Shown piece after piece: positions 56,288 through 64,000 of a DNA stretch of 64,000 bases. The position numbers were made by a program, and so were the translations under genes. This stretch comes from Chloroflexota bacterium (GTDB lineage Bacteria > Chloroflexota > UBA11872 > VXOZ01): contig OY760183.1 of NCBI GenBank assembly GCA_963663275.1, forward strand, positions 640,001-704,000, written 5' to 3'. Within the stretch, counting starts at the first letter, position 1, and the number at the start of each line of letters is the position of its first letter. The notes beneath the pieces were generated by a model. The model ran no database searches. It saw nothing but the letters and a program-made list of their open reading frames with translations, and was not told the DNA's origin.

Positions 56288-57157
56288 ATGCCGTATTTTC
56301 GCGTCATCCTTGCGCTGTGCGCCTCCGTTGCCATCATCAGCAGCGCCTCGATTCTGATCAAGCTGGCGGACGCGCCGGTGCTCATCATTGCCGCTTACCG
56401 GCTGGGCATTGCCGCGCTTGTGCTGCTGCCGCTGGCGTTCACCTTGCGCCGGGAGCGCCTGCGGGCGTTGCGCGGCCGCGATTGGCTGGTGGCGGCGGTG
56501 GCGGGCAGCTTTCTGGGCCTGCACTTCATCGCCTGGATCGCCTCGCTGGAATATACGTCGGTCGCCAGTTCCGTCGTTCTCGTTACCATTAACCCGATTT
56601 TCGTGGGTCTCGGCATGGTGATCATCTTCCGGGAGCGGCTCCATCCGCTGCTGGTGTGGGGCATCGCGCTCTCGGTGACCGGCGGCATCCTGATCGGCTA
56701 CAGCGACTTTCAGGTGGAAGGCCAGGCGCTCTTGGGCGACGCGCTGGCGCTGCTGGGCGCGGTCTTCCACTCCGCCTACCTGCTGCTGGGACAGCGCCTG
56801 CGCCAACGGCTCGACCTGCTGCCGTACATCACGGCGGTCTACGGCATGGCGGCGCTACTGGTGCTGGCCGCGGCGCTGGCGACGCAGCAGCCCTTCACCG
56901 GCTACGCGCCCGCCACGTACCTGGTGATGGTCCTCCTGGCGCTGGGACCGCAACTCCTCGGCCACACGGCCTACAACTGGACCCTGCGCTACGTCTCCGC
57001 CGCAGTGGTGGCGGTGGCCATCCTGGGCGAGCCGGTGGGCGCGAGCATCTTGGCCTATTTCATCCTGGATGAGCGCCTGACGCTGCTGCAAGTCGGCGGC
57101 GGGGCGCTGGTGCTGCTGGGCATCTACCTGGCCCTGCGCACGCAGAAGCGCGCGTAG
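56288..57157 (+). CDS. EamA/DMT-family transporter
   Basis: About 10 TMs; SLEYTSVASS, QLLGH, LGEPVGA. Confidence 0.9.
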   Translation: MPYFRVILALCASVAIISSASILIKLADAPVLIIAAYRLGIAALVLLPLAFTLRRERLRALRGRDWLVAAVAGSFLGLHFIAWIASLEYTSVASSVVLVTINPIFVGLGMVIIFRERLHPLLVWGIALSVTGGILIGYSDFQVEGQALLGDALALLGAVFHSAYLLLGQRLRQRLDLLPYITAVYGMAALLVLAAALATQQPFTGYAPATYLVMVLLALGPQLLGHTAYNWTLRYVSAAVVAVAILGEPVGASILAYFILDERLTLLQVGGGALVLLGIYLALRTQKRA

Positions 57158-57361
57158 CGTTTTGCGGCGGAAAGGTAAGTTGCTATCGAAGTGAAACGCG
57201 CTTGCGTCTGCCGCGCGCGTTGCCCAGAACCCTTAATCTGCCATGTATTCCTTACTCTCCGGGTGCTTGCTCTCTGTGCCTACTCTATAATGACGGCAGA
57301 TACGACCCTCAAGTGTACGGTCCGTTGTCTCTAACGTCGCACTTTGAAAGAGTACGGTTCC

Positions 57362-58756
57362 ATGAACTGCATCGTCATCTGCCTCGACACCTTTCGCGCC
57401 GATTGCATCCGGCATCTGGGCGCTCATACCATGCGGACGCCCACGCTGGACGCCATGGCGCGGGACGGGGTCTGGTTCGAGAACGCGTTTGCCGAGGCGC
57501 TGCCGACCGTGCCGGCGCGGCGTTCGCTCTTCACCGGCATCCGCGGCTTTCCCTGGCGCTGGACGATTGACACCACCGGTTCCTCGCCGGGCGCGCCGGG
57601 GATGCCGGGCTGGCACGGCGTGCCGCCGCACCAGCAGACCCTGGCCGAGCGCCTCTCCCGCGCGGGCTACGCCACGGGCCTGGTGGCCGATACCTACCAC
57701 CTCTTCAAGCCCACCATGAACTTCACCCGCGGCTTCATGAACTGGGAGTTCTTTCGCGGGCAGGAGGCCGACCCCTATCGGCTGGGCACGGAGGAGGAAC
57801 TCCACGCGGAACGCTACACGCGCCAGCCGGACAACCTGCCGTTCGTGCTGCGCCAGTGGCTCTGGAACGTGAAAGACCGTACAACCGAAGAAGACTTCAC
57901 CTTTGCCAAGTGCGTGCGCCGCGCCATCCGGTTCATCGAGGACAGCCGTGCGCACCATCCGTTCTTCCTCTGGATAGACTCGTTCGAGGCCCACGAGCCG
58001 TGGCACCCGCCGTTCGCATATGCGGACGCTTACATGGACGCGCCCTGGCAGGGCATCGAGCCGATCCATCCGCGCGGCGAGCCGCTGAGCGCGGCGGAAG
58101 AAGATCGGGTGCGGGCGCTCTACTACGGCTCGCTTACGTTCATCGACAAGTGGCTGGGCGTGCTGCTGGAGCATCTGGCCGATACCGGCCTGCTGGACGA
58201 GACGATCATCGTCTTCACCTCCGACCACGGCACGCAGATGAACGAGCACGGCGAGTTCGGCAAGAGCCAACGCCACATGAACGCCTACAATACCCGCGTG
58301 AACATGCTGGTGCGCCATCCCGACGGGCCGCGCGATACGGTGATTGCGCCCTTCGTGCAGCACATCGACGTGGCGCCGACGGTCTTGCACTGGCTCGGCG
58401 TGCCCCACGACCGCCTGGACGGCGCGAACATGTGGCCGCTGGCTACCGGCAATCAGGAATCCCTGCGCGATTGGACGCTGACGGTCTGGGGCTACGAGGC
58501 CAGCGTCCGCGACCACACCTGGAACGCGGTGGTGAACATCCAGGAAGCCGAGCCGCAGTGGAAGCTCTACCGCATCGACGCCGACCGCGATAACTTCACC
58601 GACGTTGCCGCCCAACACCCGGACATCATCGCGCAACAACGCGCCCGGCTGGAAGGCTTCTTAGGCGAACCCCTGCCCGCCCGTCTCCCCGGCCAACATC
58701 CGGGCAGCCCCTATCCGATGATGGATTTCACCGCGGCACGCGCGCGCAAAGGGTGA
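57362..58756 (+). CDS. Sulfatase/alkaline-phosphatase-superfamily hydrolase with TxPxR in place of CxPxR
   Basis: DTFRAD, PTVPARRSLFTG, HEPW, TSDHG, HIDVAPT. Confidence 0.85.
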   Translation: MNCIVICLDTFRADCIRHLGAHTMRTPTLDAMARDGVWFENAFAEALPTVPARRSLFTGIRGFPWRWTIDTTGSSPGAPGMPGWHGVPPHQQTLAERLSRAGYATGLVADTYHLFKPTMNFTRGFMNWEFFRGQEADPYRLGTEEELHAERYTRQPDNLPFVLRQWLWNVKDRTTEEDFTFAKCVRRAIRFIEDSRAHHPFFLWIDSFEAHEPWHPPFAYADAYMDAPWQGIEPIHPRGEPLSAAEEDRVRALYYGSLTFIDKWLGVLLEHLADTGLLDETIIVFTSDHGTQMNEHGEFGKSQRHMNAYNTRVNMLVRHPDGPRDTVIAPFVQHIDVAPTVLHWLGVPHDRLDGANMWPLATGNQESLRDWTLTVWGYEASVRDHTWNAVVNIQEAEPQWKLYRIDADRDNFTDVAAQHPDIIAQQRARLEGFLGEPLPARLPGQHPGSPYPMMDFTAARARKG

Positions 58757-58802
58757 ATTCCGTATTCATACTGCCCCATCGGTTTGGTACACTGTCAGTG
58801 TA

Positions 58803-59198
58803 ATGATGCCCAGCCAGGAGGATTCGATGGCAAGCAACGGCAGAGATGAAGCAGTAGAAATGCACGTGCGTATCAGCCGGCGATTTATACTCCAAGCGCA
58901 AGCAGAGTTGAACGCAGGCGACAGGCTCCAGGCCTCGGAGAAAGCGTGGGGCGCGGCCGCGCACGCTGTAAAAGCAATTGCCGAGCAGAGAGGCTTGGAG
59001 CACAGAACTCACGCCCGGCTTTTCATCGCAGTCGATCGCATTGCTGAAGATACCGAGCGTCCTGAATTAATCACGCTCTTCAGCCACGCGAGTGCCTTGC
59101 ACCAGAACTTCTACGAGAACTGGCAAACGGACAAGTTTGTGCAAGACGGCATCAACCAGGTAAGGCTGCTAGTGGATAAACTGCAAGCGCTCTCATGA
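58803..59198 (+). CDS. PaREP1-family (HEPN-like) protein
   Basis: GD..QASEKAWGA, LHQNFYE. Confidence 0.8.
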   Translation: MMPSQEDSMASNGRDEAVEMHVRISRRFILQAQAELNAGDRLQASEKAWGAAAHAVKAIAEQRGLEHRTHARLFIAVDRIAEDTERPELITLFSHASALHQNFYENWQTDKFVQDGINQVRLLVDKLQALS

Positions 59199-59305
59199 TC
59201 CGGCATTGAGACCTCTGGTCTCAAGCTACAGATTGCGCTCTTCTCTCTTGCTGACCTGCGCGAAGCTGACGCACTTTCACGGACACGACTGCGCTCAATG
59301 CGGAA

Positions 59306-59740
59306 CTACGCCAGCAGACGCCGCGTGCGCCAGGCGCGGTAGAAGAAGAGTACTGGTAGGCCCAGCACGAACAGCCGCCCGATGAGGCCCCACACGAGAT
59401 GACGGCGGTAGGCGTACTCGATCTCGTCGCGCACCGTGGTGAGACCCTCGCCGCTCTCTATGAACGTATGCCGGTGGACCCAGTACGCGAACGGGCCGCT
59501 GAGCTGCCGGTCGGCAAAACCGGCGTCGCTCACGGCTTCGATGACGGCGTGCCAGCGGATGGGAAAGGGGCCGAGCCAGAGCGTGAACCGCATCTCGTCG
59601 CCGGACGAAAGCACCGCCGGACACTCCTGAATCCGCACGAGCATGGGCGGCGGCGTGATGGCCGGAAGGCTCCGCGCCTCGCGGTGGAACCGCGCCACCC
59701 GCGCGCGCGGCGCGGCGACCGTGAACTCGTGAGCGAACAC
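59306..59740 (-). CDS. SRPBCC-family protein
   Basis: ITPP, FADRQLSGPF.YW.HRH.F. Confidence 0.82.
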   Translation of the reverse strand: MFAHEFTVAAPRARVARFHREARSLPAITPPPMLVRIQECPAVLSSGDEMRFTLWLGPFPIRWHAVIEAVSDAGFADRQLSGPFAYWVHRHTFIESGEGLTTVRDEIEYAYRRHLVWGLIGRLFVLGLPVLFFYRAWRTRRLLA

Positions 59741-59742
59741 CG

Positions 59743-60870
59743 TCAGCGGCCCGGCGCGAACGGCCGCAAAGCCGCCAGGTAGGCGGCCGCGTCCGCGCTA
59801 TCGTTGTAGAGATGGATGGAGGCGCGCACGCGGCCGTCGCCGCCCCAAGTGTGCACGTTCTTCGCGATGAGGGCGTCGCGCACGACCACCGCATCTTCCA
59901 CCGCGATGGCAATGTTCCCTGCCCGGCGCGCCCGCTCCGGCGGGGTCATCACGGTCCAGCCCTGGGCGTTTAGCCCGTCGATCAGTTCACCGCCCAGCGC
60001 CTCCACGTGCGCGCCGATGCGGTCGGTACCGAACTGCTGCAGGTAGCCCACGCCATTCTCCAGGGCGTAGATCGCCGCGTATGTGGGCATACCCAGTTCG
60101 AAACGCTCGGCGGTGGGTTTCCAGGTGATCTTCTCGAAGCGGTCGTCGCTCAGAAAGTCGCTCACGGAGAACCAGCCCACCGCGCCCGGCGCAAAGTCCG
60201 GCAAGCGCGCGCGGTTCCAGTAGAGCACGCCGCCGCCGTGGATGCCGAGCAGCCACTTGTACGTGCTCGCCACCGCAAAGTCGTATGCGCCCACGTCCAC
60301 CGGCACGACACCCAGCGATTGGGTCACGTCCGCCAGCAGCAACGCGCCGTGGGCGTGGGCGGCTGCCGCGATTGGCTCAAGATCGAGCCGCAAACCGGAG
60401 AGATAACTCACGTGGCTCACCGCCACCAGGCGCGTGCGCCCGTCGATCTGCGCAATGACGTCGTCCGGCGTGAATTGCCAGTCCCGGCTGCGCGCCAGGC
60501 GCACCTCGACGCCGTGCTCCTTCATCTGTATCCAGGGCAGCACCGTGCTGGGAAACTCCAGGTCGTTGGTGACGATGTTGTCGCCCGGTTTGAAGTCGAT
60601 GCCGCTGGCGATGAGGATGATCGCCTCCGACGCGCTGCCCACGACGGCTACGTCGTCCGCGGCGCAGCCCATGACCTGTGCCAACCGTTCCTTGCACCGT
60701 TTCTCCGTCTCGATGTGCGCCGCCCGCCCGGCCTCGGCGCGCGGGCGCTCGCGCAGATACCGTTCCAGCGCCTGCGCCTGCGACTTCAAGGGCGCCGATT
60801 CCGCGCCGGTGTAGAGATAGGCCGCGTCTGCCACGCCGATGAAGTCCTGCCGGGGCGCGAGCGATTGCAT
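59743..60870 (-). CDS. Class V PLP aminotransferase
   Basis: EFPS, SHVSY, DVTQSLG, YKWLLG. Confidence 0.88.
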   Translation of the reverse strand: MQSLAPRQDFIGVADAAYLYTGAESAPLKSQAQALERYLRERPRAEAGRAAHIETEKRCKERLAQVMGCAADDVAVVGSASEAIILIASGIDFKPGDNIVTNDLEFPSTVLPWIQMKEHGVEVRLARSRDWQFTPDDVIAQIDGRTRLVAVSHVSYLSGLRLDLEPIAAAAHAHGALLLADVTQSLGVVPVDVGAYDFAVASTYKWLLGIHGGGVLYWNRARLPDFAPGAVGWFSVSDFLSDDRFEKITWKPTAERFELGMPTYAAIYALENGVGYLQQFGTDRIGAHVEALGGELIDGLNAQGWTVMTPPERARRAGNIAIAVEDAVVVRDALIAKNVHTWGGDGRVRASIHLYNDSADAAAYLAALRPFAPGR

Positions 60871-60952
60871 GTGTCATTGCCTTCCTGGAGTCCGGTACTG
60901 TGTGTTGCGCGCGGGTTATTGCGCCGGAGGCCGCTTGTTTTCGGTCTTTCCG

Positions 60953-61831
60953 TCAGCCGCCAAAGCGAAACGACGGCACGCCCCGGTACGGCGTCTCGAT
61001 GGCAAAGAGGCCGCCGGCCAGCGGCTGCCGCGCAAGTTCTTCCGCGTCGAGTTCTTGCGCCGCCGAGGTAATGAAGAGCGTCTTCAGATCCGGGCCGCCG
61101 AACGCGCAGGCCGTCACCTGGGTAACGGGCAAAGGTATCTCTTCCAGCAACTCACCGGAACCGGGATTCCAGCGGCTCACGCGCGCGCCGCCGTAGTGGG
61201 CGACCCAGAGCATGCCCTCGCTGTCAATCGCCATACCGTCCGGCATCCCGGCTTCTTCCGGCACGTCGATTATGGCTCGCTCGTTGGCAATGTCGCCCGT
61301 CTCGTTGTCGTAGTCCCAGGCGCGCACGTTTTTGCGCAACGTATCGACGTAGTACATCGTGGTGTGGTCCAGGCTCCAGACGATGCCGTTGGAGATGGCC
61401 ACGCCGCCGAACATCTTGTGAACGCTCAGGTCGGTATCGAGGCGGTAGAGGCTGCCTGAATCCTTGGGGTTCTCGTAGGCCATCGTGCCGGCCCAGAAGC
61501 GGCCCGCCGGATCGCACTTGCCGTCGTTGAAGCGGTTGCCGGTTACGTGCGCCTCCGGATTGGCAATGAGCGTCAATTCCTGGGTCTCCAGGTCGAAGGA
61601 CGCGAAGCCCTCCCGCACCGCCAGCATCAGCCCGCCGGAAGCGCGGGTTACCACCGTGCCCACGTGCTGCCCCACGTCCAGCGTCCGGTTCTCGCCGCTG
61701 GCGGGATCGTAGATGAAGAGTCTGGAATTCAAGATGTCCACCCAGTAGAGCACCTGCTCTTCCTCGTCCCACAGCGGCCCTTCGCCCACCAGGGCGCGTT
61801 CATCCACTAAGAGTTCGACATTGCCATCCAC
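60953..61831 (-). CDS. SMP-30/gluconolactonase/LRE family protein
   Basis: GEGPLWD, RFNDGKCD, SNGIVWS, PDGMAID, FGG. Confidence 0.92.
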   Translation of the reverse strand: MDGNVELLVDERALVGEGPLWDEEEQVLYWVDILNSRLFIYDPASGENRTLDVGQHVGTVVTRASGGLMLAVREGFASFDLETQELTLIANPEAHVTGNRFNDGKCDPAGRFWAGTMAYENPKDSGSLYRLDTDLSVHKMFGGVAISNGIVWSLDHTTMYYVDTLRKNVRAWDYDNETGDIANERAIIDVPEEAGMPDGMAIDSEGMLWVAHYGGARVSRWNPGSGELLEEIPLPVTQVTACAFGGPDLKTLFITSAAQELDAEELARQPLAGGLFAIETPYRGVPSFRFGG

Positions 61832-61962
61832 GGTTTCGTCTCTCCCTTGTGTCCTCTTGGTATGCTCTGCCCGCATCCACCTTTGATAATAGACTCTTTA
61901 CCATCGGTATGGCGAACGCGGCCCCCGGCGTACTCATCGCATATCTCAATCCGCCCTTCCCC

Positions 61963-62132
61963 GTAGGGGCACGACATGTCGTGCCCCTACGGCGACCTTT
62001 GCATAGTTCCGTCATTCCGGCGAAAGCCGGAATCCAGGGTGCCTTGACAGCTAACGATAGCATGAAGTCAAACCATTTCACCCCCATCCCAACCTTCCCC
62101 CTCGATGGGGAAGGGGTTATGCAAAGGTCTCC
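61963..62132. mobile_element. REP-A (61963-61990) with a 142-bp MITE (61991-62132) at its end
   Basis: CTACG on both sides; TIRs GGCGACCTTTGCATA / TATGCAAAGGTCTCC. Confidence 0.88.
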
Positions 62133-62285
62133 TACGGGTGAAGGGCGGAGGCGCAGAACATGGCCGCGGTGTGGGCCGCCTGCGCGCCGTCTCTCCGGCA
62201 GAGGCCGCTTGTGTTTCACCCGCGCGGCTTCTATCATGGGGCGAAAGCAGCCGCCGGCGCGCATACACCCATTACGGAGGATCCG

Positions 62286-63266
62286 ATGCCAGGCCCGAAC
62301 AAAGTCCGCATTTGCATGATTGGCGCGGGCAGCCTCGCCAACGCCATGCACTACCCCTCGTTGTCCGAGATGGAAGACGTGGAGATTGCCGCCACGTGCG
62401 ACCTGGACGCAGACCGCTTGCAGCAGACGGCGGCGCGCTTCAACATCGCCAAGACCTATGCCGACTACCGCGAGATGCTGGACGCCGAAAAGCCGGACGG
62501 CGTCTACTGCCTCATGCCGCCGCACCATCTTTACGACATCTCCATAAACGTCCTGCAGCGCGGCCACCACCTCTTCGTGGAGAAGCCGCCGGGACTCAAC
62601 GCCTTTCAGACCAGCAGCATGGCAAAGACCGCCGCCAAGTACGGCGCGCTCACCATGACGGCCTTCAACCGCCGCTTCATCCCGCTCATGCGCGAAGTAC
62701 GCCGCCAAGTGGAAGCCCGGGGGCCGATCCTCCAGTTCCAATCGGTCTTTCTCAAGCACCAGTTCACCCCGCCCGGCGACCTGCCCTACTACGGCGGCGC
62801 CACCGACATCCTCAGTTGCGACGCGGTGCACGCGGTGGACGTCTGCCGCTGGCTGGGCGGCAGCGACGTGGCGGCCGTGGCCAGCGACGTGCGCGAGGCC
62901 TACGCCGATTATCCCAACATCTTCAACGCCCTCATCCGCTTCGAGAACGGCTGCGCCGGCTTCCTGCAAGCCAACTGGGTTGCCGGCACGCGGCGGCACA
63001 TCTTCGAGATTCACGGCAAGGGCATCACGGCTTACATCGACCCGGACGAAACCGCCAGGGTCTATGCGGACGGCAATGGCGAACCCACGGTGCTGGACGT
63101 GAACACGGCTGCCGGCAACGACGCGCGCTACCACGCCTACGGCTTCTTTGGCGAAAACCGCCACTTCATCGACTGCATCAAGACCGGCCGCCAGCCGGAC
63201 ACGAACTTCGCCGACGCCACCAAGACTATGGAACTGGTGGACGCGATCTACCACTCAGTGCTGTAG
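62286..63266 (+). CDS. Gfo/Idh/MocA oxidoreductase
   Basis: IGAGSLA..H, EKP, FNRRF, D.VH.VD. Confidence 0.9.
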   Translation: MPGPNKVRICMIGAGSLANAMHYPSLSEMEDVEIAATCDLDADRLQQTAARFNIAKTYADYREMLDAEKPDGVYCLMPPHHLYDISINVLQRGHHLFVEKPPGLNAFQTSSMAKTAAKYGALTMTAFNRRFIPLMREVRRQVEARGPILQFQSVFLKHQFTPPGDLPYYGGATDILSCDAVHAVDVCRWLGGSDVAAVASDVREAYADYPNIFNALIRFENGCAGFLQANWVAGTRRHIFEIHGKGITAYIDPDETARVYADGNGEPTVLDVNTAAGNDARYHAYGFFGENRHFIDCIKTGRQPDTNFADATKTMELVDAIYHSVL

Positions 63267-63380
63267 AAAAGCGTTCCGCTCTACCGCGGGCGAGTTGCGT
63301 CGAACGGTGCGACAGGTTTGCCTTGCCGGACGGCGTACTGCGCGCAGCAGTCCAAGCGGAGTGAAAGAGGTAGAAGACGT

Positions 63381-64000
63381 ATGGGGTGGTCTCTTGTCAA
63401 GAGAATAGCGGTTCTGCTGGTCGCGGTGTGGCTGTTCGCCGGGTGCGGTTCCGGCAATGGCGACGGCGCAACCGCGGCGGCCTCGCCGGAAGCCGCCGCC
63501 AATGGAGAGTCCGCCACGCAAGGCGCCGCGCTCGAATTCAAGGCTGAGGTCTGGGCCGACAACTGGTTCGCCCTCTACGTCAACGGCGAACTGGTCGGCG
63601 AGGACTCGGTTCCTATCACTACCGAGCGGTCATTCAACGCCGAGACCATCGTCTTCACCGCCGCCTATCCCCTGACCATCGCCATCGAGGCCAAAGACTT
63701 CAAGGAGACCGATTCCGGGCTGGAATACATCGGCGAACGCAACCAGCAGATGGGCGACGGCGGCATCATCGCGCAAATCACCGACCTCAGCAGCGGCAAG
63801 GTGGTGGCCGTTACCCATAGCGGGTGGCGTGTGCTGGTGATTCACCGCGCTCCCCTGAACCCCGATTGCGAGAAAGCGTCAAACCCGGACACTGCCTGCC
63901 GCTTCGATAAGATGGAAGCGCCCCCTGATTGGGTAACCGCCGATTTCGACGACGGCCAGTGGGAATCCGCCACCGAGTGGTCGGAATCCGACGTGCGTCC
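63381..64000 (+). CDS. Secreted lipoprotein with a beta-sandwich-like domain (3' truncated by window)
   Basis: Open frame from ATG 63381: lipobox FAGC; VWADNWFALYVNG...DSVPITTERSFN. Confidence 0.7.
   Translation, partial: MGWSLVKRIAVLLVAVWLFAGCGSGNGDGATAAASPEAAANGESATQGAALEFKAEVWADNWFALYVNGELVGEDSVPITTERSFNAETIVFTAAYPLTIAIEAKDFKETDSGLEYIGERNQQMGDGGIIAQITDLSSGKVVAVTHSGWRVLVIHRAPLNPDCEKASNPDTACRFDKMEAPPDWVTADFDDGQWESATEWSESDVR

Noticed and set aside
1-64000. tRNA, rRNA, tmRNA or other structured RNA genes
   Set aside because: No cloverleaf or rRNA signatures were seen by eye; an Infernal/Rfam scan would be needed to exclude small RNAs.

Overview
High-GC bacterial chromosomal window, probably Chloroflexota (inferred from gene content). 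It holds about 55 CDS: housekeeping genes (fabF 3' part, CCA enzyme, moaD/moaE, rpmI-rplT, uvrB, endonuclease Q), many catabolic enzymes (GH15, GH106-like, UxuA-like dehydratase, HpcH aldolase, three Gfo/Idh/MocA oxidoreductases, PLP enzymes, a sulfatase-fold protein) and scattered toxin-antitoxin or defence-like genes. No tRNA, rRNA or CRISPR array was found. The dominant feature is a dense set of short mobile repeats. (1) At least four GTAG-footed REP families occur with one REP-associated HUH/Y1 transposase (RAYT, 41884-42501). The RAYT carries its own perfectly palindromic REP in frame and is flanked by two REPs extended into 48- and 58-bp perfect palindromes. (2) REP-anchored tandem arrays have periods of 17-18, 38, 42, 81 and 118 bp; one duplicates the 3' end of a gene. 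(3) A 142-bp MITE family inserts at REP ends. (4) One MITE copy is interrupted by an IS30, whose transposase takes its stop codon from the target, and by a second MITE. Other candidates are a DnaA-box cluster with an unwinding-module-like motif and no dnaA nearby (about 10.39-10.77 kb), a lower-GC two-gene unit encoding a proteasome-beta-like Ntn hydrolase plus a small acidic protein, and an HTH-NYN fusion with a possible internal start. All assignments come from reading motifs by eye; no database searches were run.
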